Part shown: one piece after another, positions 19,833 through 29,076 of the stretch
Numbering within the stretch: the stretch's first letter is position 1
Layout of the letters: every line of letters starts with the position of its first letter
Source: Gammaproteobacteria bacterium
GTDB lineage: Bacteria; Pseudomonadota; Gammaproteobacteria; JAJFJF01
Assembly: GCA_021774255.1 (NCBI GenBank)
Contig: JAJFJF010000018.1
Coordinates: 17,729-81,728, forward strand
Reading direction: 5' to 3'
DNA: 64,000 bases
Notes under the pieces: generated by a model
The model's input: the letters and a program-made list of their open reading frames with translations, nothing else
What the model was told of the DNA's origin: nothing
Databases searched by the model: none
Made by a program: the position numbers and the translations under genes

Positions 19833-22343
19833 ATGAAAAAAGGGAATAGATTTCTTCTGAAACGTTATTTTTGCACCGCAACTGCTTGCACGTCAGAGAA
19901 GTCGACACCCTACCCACTATCTATACAAACGCTACTCGGCAGCTTGCTGCTCGCCACCACTCTTTTATTTGCGCCCTTTACCACATTACACGCAAACACG
20001 CTCAATTTTGGTGCTGGCGCAGGCACCTCTGCAGATGGCTTTGAAGACTTATTACTCGACGTCTCTGTCAATGACACTTCGTATGGCATGGCTTTTTTAA
20101 TACGCGACGCTAACGATCGTGTACTGGCCTCCTATGAGGATATCATGCGATGGAATTTTGCATTAACTGATCAGCAGCTTATCGAGTATCGAGGCATGCA
20201 CTTTTACTACTTAGATGAGTTTAAGGGCCTGACATACGACATAGATATTCCTTCTTTAACATTGCTTGCGACGGCCCCGCCTTCTTTATTTACTGTTGAA
20301 TCAATCGATGCTGGTGATAGTTATTTTGTTCAATATGGTACTTCTACGCCGGGTGCTTTTTTTAATTACGACATTCTCACAGAATACACAACCTCCGAGG
20401 GCAGTGATGTTGATCTGTCTGCAATAACAGAAATGGGGGTGTTCACACCGTATGGCGTCGGCATTAATTCCATTCTGCTTCGTAATATAGCAGACTCTCC
20501 AGAAGCCATCCGTTTAGATACGACCTGGTATTACGATCTGCCCGAACAGATGTTAAGTCTCGTGCTCGGTGATACTTATACGCGCCCAGGTGACTGGAGC
20601 GGCTCTGCGCGCTACGGGGGGATTAAACTCGCCACTAATTTTGGTACACAACCAGGATTTGTGACGTATCCCTTACCGACTCTCGCGGGTGAAGCCACCA
20701 TCCCCACTACCGTCGATATTTTAGTCGACAATGTGCTGCGCGCGCAGCAAGAGGTCAATGCAGGCCCCTTTGAGATTTACAATTTACCTTACCTCACGGG
20801 CCAGGGCGAAGTGCAACTCGTCACACGCGACTTATTAGGCCGAGAACAAGTCATTACCGTACCCTTTTTCACGGCACAAGAATTACTGCGCCCGGGCTTG
20901 CATGATTTCACCGTGGATCTCGGCTTCACACGTGATGACTACACAGAAGACAGCTTTGACTATAACCGTTTTGTCACGGCGGGTACTTACCGACGCGGTT
21001 TAACCGAACGCTTCACCGGCGAAGTCCACGGCGAGTTTTTATTTGACCAACAAGCAGTGGGTATGAGTGGTAATTACATTATGCCGCACGTTGGCTTAAC
21101 CACACTTTCATTGGCCGGCAGCCAAAGCAATGACTTAGGCGTTGGTGGTTTAGCGAAGATTGCCCTTGAACGTCCTGGTGAAATTTACAGTATCGGCGCT
21201 TCTGTGCAAGGCACGACCTCTAATATGACCTACTTGGGTTTGCAGCCTGATCAGCCAGCGCCTGCTTGGATAGTCCAGATCTATAACAGCTGGTCTTTAG
21301 GACGGTATGGTCAAGTTGGTTTAAGCTATATCTTCCAAGAACAGCGTGATTTTGATCAATTTTATTATGACGACGACGATGATGATGACGACCTTGAAGA
21401 TGAGCCTTTAATGTCTGCAGGAAAAACCCAATTTCTTACAATCAACTATGGTGTTGGTCTGCTGCCCAATTTATACTTTAACGCTTCAAGCACAGTCAAT
21501 ATTGACGAGCCGGATGATTATGCTTTTTACCTCACTCTTACTTGGTCATTTGATAACGATAGATCGATGACACTGGCAGGCAATATTGCGGAAGATGCCA
21601 ACCAAGTGCTGCTTGATTTTGTGCAATACCCACCCTTTGAGAATGGCTATGGTTACCGCCTGGCCGCTGGCGCGGGTGATTTTGAGACCTATGAAGCTGA
21701 CGTTATCTATCAAAATGATTACGGCGTGTACCAAGCCGATGTGGCCTATTACGATGACGACTTCGATGCCCGCCTCGCAGCAGAAGGCGGCGTTATCTAC
21801 ATGAATCGCAACGTCTTTTTCTCTCGCCCTGTGGAAGACAGCTTTGCCGTCGTCACCGTGCCCGGCTATGCCGATGTCGGCATCTATGAGAATGACGTGA
21901 TGTATGCACGCACCAACAAACGAGGTAGCACATTGTTGACAAATGTACTATCTTATCAAGAGAACTATATTGGTATTAATCCGGCGGATTTCCCGCTGGA
22001 TGTGCAGTTTGATACTACTCGGCATACAGTGGTGCCCACTTACCGTAGTGGCACCTTGATAAGCTTCTTGGCACGGGCATCACGCTCCGCCACCCTTAGC
22101 TTATTCATCGACGATGAAGTGCCGATGCCGATTGGTTCCGAGGTGACGCTGACCGACCACGATAATAAATACTATGTGGGGCAAGACGGTTACACCTTTA
22201 TCTCTGGGTTGGTAGAAGGCGAAAACCATATAGAAGTGCGAAGAGACAATATCAGTTGTCAGGCAACCATTTTCTTACCTGAGACAGAGGATGTCATGCC
22301 AGATTTAGGGTCGGTATTTTGTGACGAAGTCAATTATGGATAA
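19833..22343 (+). CDS. Fimbrial outer-membrane usher (CsuD-like)
   Basis: RLDTTW, LGD..T, R.GGI...NF, GPFEI.NLP and LL.PGL.DF motifs, with a C-terminal Cys pair. Start may lie downstream of 19833. Confidence 0.9.
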   Translation: MKKGNRFLLKRYFCTATACTSEKSTPYPLSIQTLLGSLLLATTLLFAPFTTLHANTLNFGAGAGTSADGFEDLLLDVSVNDTSYGMAFLIRDANDRVLASYEDIMRWNFALTDQQLIEYRGMHFYYLDEFKGLTYDIDIPSLTLLATAPPSLFTVESIDAGDSYFVQYGTSTPGAFFNYDILTEYTTSEGSDVDLSAITEMGVFTPYGVGINSILLRNIADSPEAIRLDTTWYYDLPEQMLSLVLGDTYTRPGDWSGSARYGGIKLATNFGTQPGFVTYPLPTLAGEATIPTTVDILVDNVLRAQQEVNAGPFEIYNLPYLTGQGEVQLVTRDLLGREQVITVPFFTAQELLRPGLHDFTVDLGFTRDDYTEDSFDYNRFVTAGTYRRGLTERFTGEVHGEFLFDQQAVGMSGNYIMPHVGLTTLSLAGSQSNDLGVGGLAKIALERPGEIYSIGASVQGTTSNMTYLGLQPDQPAPAWIVQIYNSWSLGRYGQVGLSYIFQEQRDFDQFYYDDDDDDDDLEDEPLMSAGKTQFLTINYGVGLLPNLYFNASSTVNIDEPDDYAFYLTLTWSFDNDRSMTLAGNIAEDANQVLLDFVQYPPFENGYGYRLAAGAGDFETYEADVIYQNDYGVYQADVAYYDDDFDARLAAEGGVIYMNRNVFFSRPVEDSFAVVTVPGYADVGIYENDVMYARTNKRGSTLLTNVLSYQENYIGINPADFPLDVQFDTTRHTVVPTYRSGTLISFLARASRSATLSLFIDDEVPMPIGSEVTLTDHDNKYYVGQDGYTFISGLVEGENHIEVRRDNISCQATIFLPETEDVMPDLGSVFCDEVNYG

Positions 22344-22351
22344 CAGACAAC

Positions 22352-22900
22352 GTGAAGCAAATGCAACAAGGACGATACAACACACAGCACTGTAGCAAAT
22401 TAAGCAAATTAGTCCTGATCGGATTATCTGCCGCCGCGCTTATTGTGACGCTTGTTTTTCCGCAAGAAAGCTGGGCGGCTGCACGCTGCCGTGTGGGCGC
22501 AACACCCATCAACTTTGGTCAATACAATGACCGCACCAAAAACGCGAATGGCATGATCCAACTGCGTTGCCGACAAGTCGGCCGCCCCGATTTAAAAGAA
22601 CGTTTGATCACCTACCGTATTCGCCTTTCAACTGGCTCCAGTAATAGCTATCGCAATCGTACCCTGCGCCAAATTGGGGGCCCTGATAGAATCAACTACA
22701 ACATTTATATCGACTCCGGCCGCCGCTTGGTTTGGGGCAATGGTAGCAATGGTACACAGGTTGTGACCGGCAGAATACGCGTATTTCGTTTACGTGAAAA
22801 CAAAACCGAGCGCGTGCGCTTATATGCACGGATCCCTGGCCGACAAAATGTTTCAGCGGGCAGGTACAGTGATGTGATCCATGCCTTCATCGACTTTTAG
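22352..22900 (+). CDS. Spore-coat-U-domain (Csu-type) minor/tip pilin
   Basis: C.V.ATPINFG.Y, YNIY.D..R..VWG and YARIP..Q.V.AG.YSD signature. Confidence 0.85.
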   Translation: MKQMQQGRYNTQHCSKLSKLVLIGLSAAALIVTLVFPQESWAAARCRVGATPINFGQYNDRTKNANGMIQLRCRQVGRPDLKERLITYRIRLSTGSSNSYRNRTLRQIGGPDRINYNIYIDSGRRLVWGNGSNGTQVVTGRIRVFRLRENKTERVRLYARIPGRQNVSAGRYSDVIHAFIDF

Positions 22901-22973
22901 TCTTTACTCATCCCCCTTCACTCATGCATAATGAGTGCTATTTTTAGCGGCAACTTAATTACTGACTCCCAGC

Positions 22974-23459
22974 ATGAAACGACTTAACCATTTCCTGACC
23001 TTTATTTTATTACTTGCCACCTCACCACTTTGGGCAAGTGACGTGGCGTTACCTTACGATGAAGCAGCCGATCCTAAAGCCGACATTCAACAAGCCCTCA
23101 CACAAGCGCGCGAGAACGATAAACTCGTGCTGTTAGTTTTTGGCGCAAACTGGTGCCGAGACTGCCGTACCTTTGACGAAGCCATGCAAGGCGATGCGTT
23201 GGCGCCCCTGATTAACGAAACGTATATTCCCACAAAAATCGACATTGGAAATTGGGATAGAAATCAAGATGTTGTTGAGCAATACGGTAATCCAACGGCT
23301 AACGGCATTCCTTCCCTTGTGATTGTCTCCCCTGATAACCAAGTCTTAACCGCCACCGAAGCCGGTGAGCTCGCCCGCGCCCGCCAAATGAGCGATACGG
23401 AGCTTTATGCCTTTCTAGAGGGTCTCACCGACAGCGCCCAAGCAGCGGCTTCAAAATAG
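22974..23459 (+). CDS. Exported thioredoxin-family protein
   Basis: Signal peptide, FGANWCRDC (CxxC) and GIP cis-Pro motif. Confidence 0.85.
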   Translation: MKRLNHFLTFILLLATSPLWASDVALPYDEAADPKADIQQALTQARENDKLVLLVFGANWCRDCRTFDEAMQGDALAPLINETYIPTKIDIGNWDRNQDVVEQYGNPTANGIPSLVIVSPDNQVLTATEAGELARARQMSDTELYAFLEGLTDSAQAAASK

Positions 23460-23469
23460 GCTTAATCGC

Positions 23470-23532
23470 CTCAATTGACCCAATCGACTCAATAATTGAC
23501 TCATAGACCTTTTTAATGAGCCAATTGAGTCA
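23470..23532. repeat. Cluster of short TGACTCA/CAATTGA direct and inverted repeats
   Basis: ctcaattgaccc, aatcgactca, aattgactca, then inverted tgagccaattgagtca. Confidence 0.45.
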
Positions 23533-23674
23533 CACTAAAAACATCGTTTAATTTTTACTTACCTTAACTGCTAGAGAAAGCCTCTGATTAACCTCATATT
23601 GCGACTTCTCCTGTACAGGTTTATTTTGGTTAAAGCATCGCCGAACCTGTATATTTTGGTACAATTCTAACACC

Positions 23675-25879
23675 ATGACTGAGTTGATCACCCAACATCT
23701 TAACGAGCCGCAACACGAAGCGGTCACGGCCGAACCGAAGCATTTGTTGATCCTCGCGGGTGCCGGCAGCGGCAAAACCCGCGTGCTCGTGCATCGCATT
23801 GCTTATTTAATCGAAACAGGGCACGCCACCCCTTACTCCATTCTCGCGGTGACCTTTACCAACAAAGCCGCAAAAGAGATGCGCGATCGTATCGAAGCCC
23901 TGCTCAACCGCCCCACACAAGGCATGTGGGTGGGCACCTTCCATGGCTTAGCACACCGCTTGTTGCGCACACACTGGAAAGAAGCCGGCCTGCCTGAACA
24001 TTTTCAAATTATGGACAGCGACGATCAACACCGTTTGATCCGACGCATCATTAAAACCATGCAGCTCGATGAAACCAAATGGCCACCCAAGCAGGCCCAA
24101 TGGTTTATCAATAACAAAAAAGACGAAGGCATACGCCCGCATGCCATGGGGGATCAAGACGATGTCTTTAACACCACCATGCTGCAGATCTATGAAACCT
24201 ACGAAAAAACCTGCCAGCAAAGTGGCCTGGTCGATTTTGCTGAGCTGTTGTTACGCGCGTACGAAATGTGGCAAAACAACCCTGAGTTGCTTGCGCATTA
24301 TCAAGCACGTTTTAATCAGGTGTTAGTCGACGAATTCCAAGATACCAATGGCATTCAATATGCATGGCTACGTTTGTTGGCCGGTGACAACACACACTTC
24401 ACTGCTGTCGGTGATGACGACCAATCTATTTACGGTTGGCGCGGTGCGAAAATTGAAAACATTCAACGCTTCACGCGCGACTACCCCGGCACTTATACGC
24501 TGCGATTAGAACAAAACTACCGTTCGACCAGCACCATCTTAAATGCGGCGAACACCTTAATCTCACATAACACTGGCCGCCTCGGTAAAGAGTTATGGAC
24601 CGCAGGCGAGAAAGGCGACCCTATCGCGTTATACGCTGCCTTTAACGAGCAAGACGAAGCGCGTTATATTGTTGAACGGATCAGCAGCTGGGTGGCCAGC
24701 CCTGACAACAAACGCAGTGATGTTGCTATACTCTATCGTTCCAACGCGCAGTCACGTGTCTTAGAGGAAGCCCTGCTCAAAGCCGGCATACCTTACCGCA
24801 TTTACGGTGGCCAACGCTTCTTCGAGCGCGCTGAAATCAAAGACGCACTCGCTTACTTACGCTTAATGGCCAATCGCCATGACGATGCCGCTTTTGAGCG
24901 CGCAGTCAATATGCCCACACGCGGTATCGGCGGGATCACACTCGACATTATTCGCAGCCAAGCACGTGAACGTGAAATCTCTTTATGGCAATCCACAGAA
25001 AACTTAATTAACTCCGAGCATCTTTCCAGCCGCGCCAGCACGGCCGTCGGGCAATTTTTAGAATTGATCAGCACGCTCGCACGTCACTGTGAAGACTTAG
25101 CCTTAGAAGAACAAATTGAGAAAATGTTGCAGACCAGTGGCCTACTGCAACATTACCAGCAGCAACGTAATGAAAAAGCACAAGCGCGCGTTGAAAACTT
25201 GGAAGAGCTTGCGAACGCTGCCGCACAATTTACGCCACCCGAAGAAGACACCCGCACCACGCCGCTCGTCGCATTTTTATCACATGCCGCCTTAGAAGCA
25301 GGCGAGATGCAAGCCAGTGAATATGATGACTGCGTGCAAATGATGACATTACACAGCGCAAAAGGCCTTGAGTTTCCTTTTGTCTTTTTAGCAGGCATGG
25401 AAGAAGGACTCTTTCCACATCAAATGTCCCTGCAAGAAGAAGGGCGCCTGGAAGAAGAACGTCGCCTTTGTTACGTCGGTATTACGCGCGCCAGAAAAAA
25501 AATTGTGATGACGCATGCCGAAACGCGTCGCTTACACGGTCGTGAAATGATGCATGCCCCGTCACGCTTTATTTCTGAGCTGCCCAATGAATTGGTTGAG
25601 CATGTGCGGGCGAAAGCCGTGGTGTCACGCCCCAGTGCAGACTTCCATCCACGCCCCTCTTTCAAGACCGATGCCGCCACCAACATTGCCGTTGCCGCGA
25701 CCACCATTGATGGCGCACCGGTACAGCTTGGCCAGCGCGTCAAACACGCTAAATTTGGTGAAGGCGTGGTGCTCAACTGTGAGGGGCAAGGCGAGCAAGC
25801 ACGTCTACAAGTTTACTTTGAAAGCGTCGGCAGCAAGTGGTTAGTCGCCTCCTTTGCCAAACTCGAGTCACTGAGTTAA
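23675..25879 (+). CDS. uvrD: DNA helicase II
   Basis: AGAGSGKT, VTFTNKAA, DEFQD, VGDDDQSIY, QNYRS, TLHSAKGLEF and EERRLCYVGITRA, plus a C-terminal Tudor-like domain. Confidence 0.96.
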   Translation: MTELITQHLNEPQHEAVTAEPKHLLILAGAGSGKTRVLVHRIAYLIETGHATPYSILAVTFTNKAAKEMRDRIEALLNRPTQGMWVGTFHGLAHRLLRTHWKEAGLPEHFQIMDSDDQHRLIRRIIKTMQLDETKWPPKQAQWFINNKKDEGIRPHAMGDQDDVFNTTMLQIYETYEKTCQQSGLVDFAELLLRAYEMWQNNPELLAHYQARFNQVLVDEFQDTNGIQYAWLRLLAGDNTHFTAVGDDDQSIYGWRGAKIENIQRFTRDYPGTYTLRLEQNYRSTSTILNAANTLISHNTGRLGKELWTAGEKGDPIALYAAFNEQDEARYIVERISSWVASPDNKRSDVAILYRSNAQSRVLEEALLKAGIPYRIYGGQRFFERAEIKDALAYLRLMANRHDDAAFERAVNMPTRGIGGITLDIIRSQAREREISLWQSTENLINSEHLSSRASTAVGQFLELISTLARHCEDLALEEQIEKMLQTSGLLQHYQQQRNEKAQARVENLEELANAAAQFTPPEEDTRTTPLVAFLSHAALEAGEMQASEYDDCVQMMTLHSAKGLEFPFVFLAGMEEGLFPHQMSLQEEGRLEEERRLCYVGITRARKKIVMTHAETRRLHGREMMHAPSRFISELPNELVEHVRAKAVVSRPSADFHPRPSFKTDAATNIAVAATTIDGAPVQLGQRVKHAKFGEGVVLNCEGQGEQARLQVYFESVGSKWLVASFAKLESLS

Positions 25880-25892
25880 TCTAGCAGCTATT

Positions 25893-28565
25893 ATGGCTAC
25901 ATCAACAACGGCACCGCTCATCTTAGTGGATGGTTCATCGTATTTATTTCGCGCGTATTTTGCGCTCCCGCCTCTTTCTACCAAACAAGGCGAGCCCACG
26001 GGCGCCATGGTGGGCACCATCAACATGTTGCGCAAGCTCATGGGCGAATACCCTGATGAGCATATTGCCGTGGTATTTGATACCAAAGGTGAAAATTTTC
26101 GCCATCAACTCTACCCTGAATATAAAGCCAACCGCGCGGTCATGCCGGATGACTTGGCCTGCCAAATTGAGCCGCTTCATGAGTTGATCAAAGCCATGGG
26201 CCTGCCGCTTATCATGATGCCAGGCATTGAAGCAGACGACATTATCGCTACCTTGGCCTGCCAGGCAGATCAAAAAGGCATGAAAACAATCATTGTCAGC
26301 AGCGATAAAGATCTGGCCCAGCTGGTGAACGACAATATCACCATGCTCAACACCATGACACAGGTGCAACTTGATCGCGAAGGGGTGATTGCAAAATTTG
26401 GCGTGCCCCCTGAAAAAATTATTGATTACCTCGCGCTGATTGGTGACAGCGTCGATAACATTCCGGGCGTACCAAAAGTTGGGCCCAAAACAGCGGCGAA
26501 GTGGTTAACGCAATATGGTTCACTTGAAGAAATTCTATTGCATGCGGATGAAATCAAAGGCAAGGTGGGGGAAAACCTGCGCGCCAGCCTTGAAATACTC
26601 ACGCTGTCTGAACAATTGGTCACGCTGGACACCGACATTAAACTGCCTTTCTCGCTCGACACCTTGCACGCAAACACCCCGGATGTCGCTCACTTAAACG
26701 AGCAGTTGGCACGCTGGGAAATTAGATCATGGTTAAAAGAAGAAGCGCCAGCAGAGAAACCGTCGAGCAAGCGCACCGCTGAGGCAACTGTGCAAGTGCT
26801 AGGCCATGCTGACGCACTCGCGCAGCACCTTACGACGCTCAACAACGCAAAAAAAGTTGCCCTGCAAATACACACCACCAATACACATATTTATAGCGCG
26901 CAAATCATTGGTATCGCCTTAGCAGCCGACAATACCCCGAGCGTTTATATTCCACTGGCTGAATTTGCACCCGATGACTCAGCGATCACTTCCCATGATC
27001 TGCTCTCACAGCTGACACCTCTATTTGCACGCACCGATCTGATGCTCATTGGCGAGAATCTTAAATTTATTTTTAATGTACTTGCCCGACACAATATCAT
27101 TATCAACGCCAACTGTTTTGATGTCTCACTCGCCTCGTATGTATTAAACAGCACCCGACGCCACACACTTTTTGACTTGGCCGCTGCCGAACTGGATATT
27201 ACTTTACCCAAGCCTGCTGACCTGGCTAAAAAAGGCGACCTACGTGAAGCGGCGTTAGACGCGCTCGCGGCCTATTCTACTGCCCAAGCTAACGCCTTGA
27301 TGCAACTGCAAGATACACTGTGGCAGCAGTTATCCGAAAATGAAAAAGACATATTTCATCACCTTGAAATGCCGGTTACCCGCGTGCTCTCTCACATGGA
27401 AAGCACGGGCGTGCTGATTGATGCTCAAAAACTCAAAACACAAAGCCAGGAACTGGGCAAGCAGATCGACACACTCACACAAGCAGCCTATCACTTAGCC
27501 GGCAGTGAATTTAATCTTGATTCACCCAAACAGTTGCAACATATTTTATTTGAAGAGCAAGGCCTGCCTATTTTAAAGAAAACACCTAAAGGCCAGCCTT
27601 CCACTGCGGAAGGCGTATTACAAGAGCTTGCTCTCACCTACCCTTTACCCAACGTCATTATCGAGTATCGCAGCCTCAGTAAATTGAAATCGACGTATAC
27701 TGATCCGCTGCCTGAACAAATTCATGAAAAAACGGGGCGGGTGCACACCGTATACCAACAAGCCGTGACCTCAACCGGCAGGCTTTCTTCGACTAACCCG
27801 AACTTACAAAACATTCCTATTCGCACCGCTGAAGGCCGCCGCATTCGGCAAGCGTTTATCGCACCAACAGGTTACCAATTACTCGCCGCGGATTATTCAC
27901 AAATTGAATTGCGCATCATGGCGCATTTATCAAACGATGCGGGCTTGGTGAAGGCGTTCCGTGACGGTTTGGATATTCACAAAGCCACGGCGGCTGAAAT
28001 TTTTGGTGTGCCGCTTGATAACGTGACCTCCAACCAACGTCGTAGTGCCAAAGCGATTAACTTTGGTTTGATTTACGGCATGTCCGCTTTTGGATTGTCA
28101 CAGCAATTGGGCGTTGACAGAAAATCAGCCGAACATTATATGGACGAATACTTTCACCGTTACCCCGGCGTGAAAGATTATATGGAAAACACCCGGCGCG
28201 CGGCCTCCAAAAATGGTTTTGTGGAAACGCTCTCTGGTCGGCGACTCTATTTGCCTGAAATAAAATCTAAACAAATCCCCCGCCGCAAAGCCGCCGAACG
28301 CGCGGCCATTAACGCGCCCATGCAAGGCACCGCGGCTGAAATCATCAAACGCGCCATGATCGCCGTTGACGATTGGCTCGCACGCAGCAACGTCGACGCC
28401 CGCCTTATTATGCAAGTACATGACGAATTGGTGTTAGAAGTCGCCGAAAGTAGCATCGACACCGTCAGTCAAGAAGTTAAAAAGCACATGGCCGCAGCCG
28501 CCGAGCTGACGGTACCCTTAGTCGTGGATGTTGGCATCGGCCACAATTGGGATGAGGCGCATTAA
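25893..28565 (+). CDS. polA: DNA polymerase I
   Basis: 5' nuclease (DGSSYLFRA, EADD, DKD, GD..DNIPGV) and polymerase motifs (DYSQIELR, AKAINFGLIYG, QVHDEL). The proofreading domain is degenerate. Confidence 0.97.
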   Translation: MATSTTAPLILVDGSSYLFRAYFALPPLSTKQGEPTGAMVGTINMLRKLMGEYPDEHIAVVFDTKGENFRHQLYPEYKANRAVMPDDLACQIEPLHELIKAMGLPLIMMPGIEADDIIATLACQADQKGMKTIIVSSDKDLAQLVNDNITMLNTMTQVQLDREGVIAKFGVPPEKIIDYLALIGDSVDNIPGVPKVGPKTAAKWLTQYGSLEEILLHADEIKGKVGENLRASLEILTLSEQLVTLDTDIKLPFSLDTLHANTPDVAHLNEQLARWEIRSWLKEEAPAEKPSSKRTAEATVQVLGHADALAQHLTTLNNAKKVALQIHTTNTHIYSAQIIGIALAADNTPSVYIPLAEFAPDDSAITSHDLLSQLTPLFARTDLMLIGENLKFIFNVLARHNIIINANCFDVSLASYVLNSTRRHTLFDLAAAELDITLPKPADLAKKGDLREAALDALAAYSTAQANALMQLQDTLWQQLSENEKDIFHHLEMPVTRVLSHMESTGVLIDAQKLKTQSQELGKQIDTLTQAAYHLAGSEFNLDSPKQLQHILFEEQGLPILKKTPKGQPSTAEGVLQELALTYPLPNVIIEYRSLSKLKSTYTDPLPEQIHEKTGRVHTVYQQAVTSTGRLSSTNPNLQNIPIRTAEGRRIRQAFIAPTGYQLLAADYSQIELRIMAHLSNDAGLVKAFRDGLDIHKATAAEIFGVPLDNVTSNQRRSAKAINFGLIYGMSAFGLSQQLGVDRKSAEHYMDEYFHRYPGVKDYMENTRRAASKNGFVETLSGRRLYLPEIKSKQIPRRKAAERAAINAPMQGTAAEIIKRAMIAVDDWLARSNVDARLIMQVHDELVLEVAESSIDTVSQEVKKHMAAAAELTVPLVVDVGIGHNWDEAH

Positions 28566-28624
28566 CACCCTCACAGAAAACAATCATAATTCATTGATTA
28601 ATAATCATTTATTTTCCGCCTCTC

Positions 28625-28688
28625 GATTTGGCTGATTATAATATCTTTATAATCAGCCAAATCTCTTTTGCCTTTTGAGATTTGGCTG
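28625..28688. repeat. 17-bp perfect inverted repeat plus third half-site
   Basis: GATTTGGCTGATTATAA-tatct-TTATAATCAGCCAAATC, then GAGATTTGGCTG at 28677-28688. Confidence 0.75.
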
Positions 28689-28772
28689 GCTAAGCCAGCG
28701 CGACCTTAAGCCTTCAAAGCTGAAGGGGAAACAATAAATCATTTTATATCAAACCGTTATCTATAAAATCTG

Positions 28773-28891
28773 TTTGGTGATGCGATTTAATGCTTTATAA
28801 AATATCACCAAAATCAAGTTTTATGTATTTGGTGACAAATATAAACGCCTCTTAAAATGTCACTAAATCGCAAAAACAATATTTGGTGATA
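28773..28891. repeat. Five alternating-orientation TTTGGTGA(T/C) boxes
   Basis: TTTGGTGAT 28773, ATCACCAAA 28804, ATTTGGTGACA 28827, TGTCACTAAAT 28858, ATTTGGTGATA 28881. Confidence 0.7.
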
Positions 28892-29076
28892 AATTTATAT
28901 TGCTCTAACTAATTTTATTTTAATCAAACCATAAGCAACCACTTGAAAAGTAGTTGAAAGCGGTTTCTTCTCACGCATAATCGATTTTAGTGCTTTACTG
29001 AACAAAGATAATGTTATCTTTCAAACTTAAAATGTATTGTTTTTTTTGATTTCTTTGATAGATAAAAAAAGACTCT

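Noticed and set aside
21365-21402. Phase-variable microsatellite in the usher (GAC/GAT run)
   Set aside because: It is a mixed-codon triplet run that keeps frame, better explained as a poly-Asp loop.
23605-23665. LexA SOS box upstream of uvrD
   Set aside because: CTGT half-sites are present (CCTGTACAGG, CTGTATATTTTGGTAC) but no CTGT-N8-ACAG.
28600-28900. CRISPR array
   Set aside because: The repeats are only 9-17 bp, alternate in orientation, and there are no cas genes.
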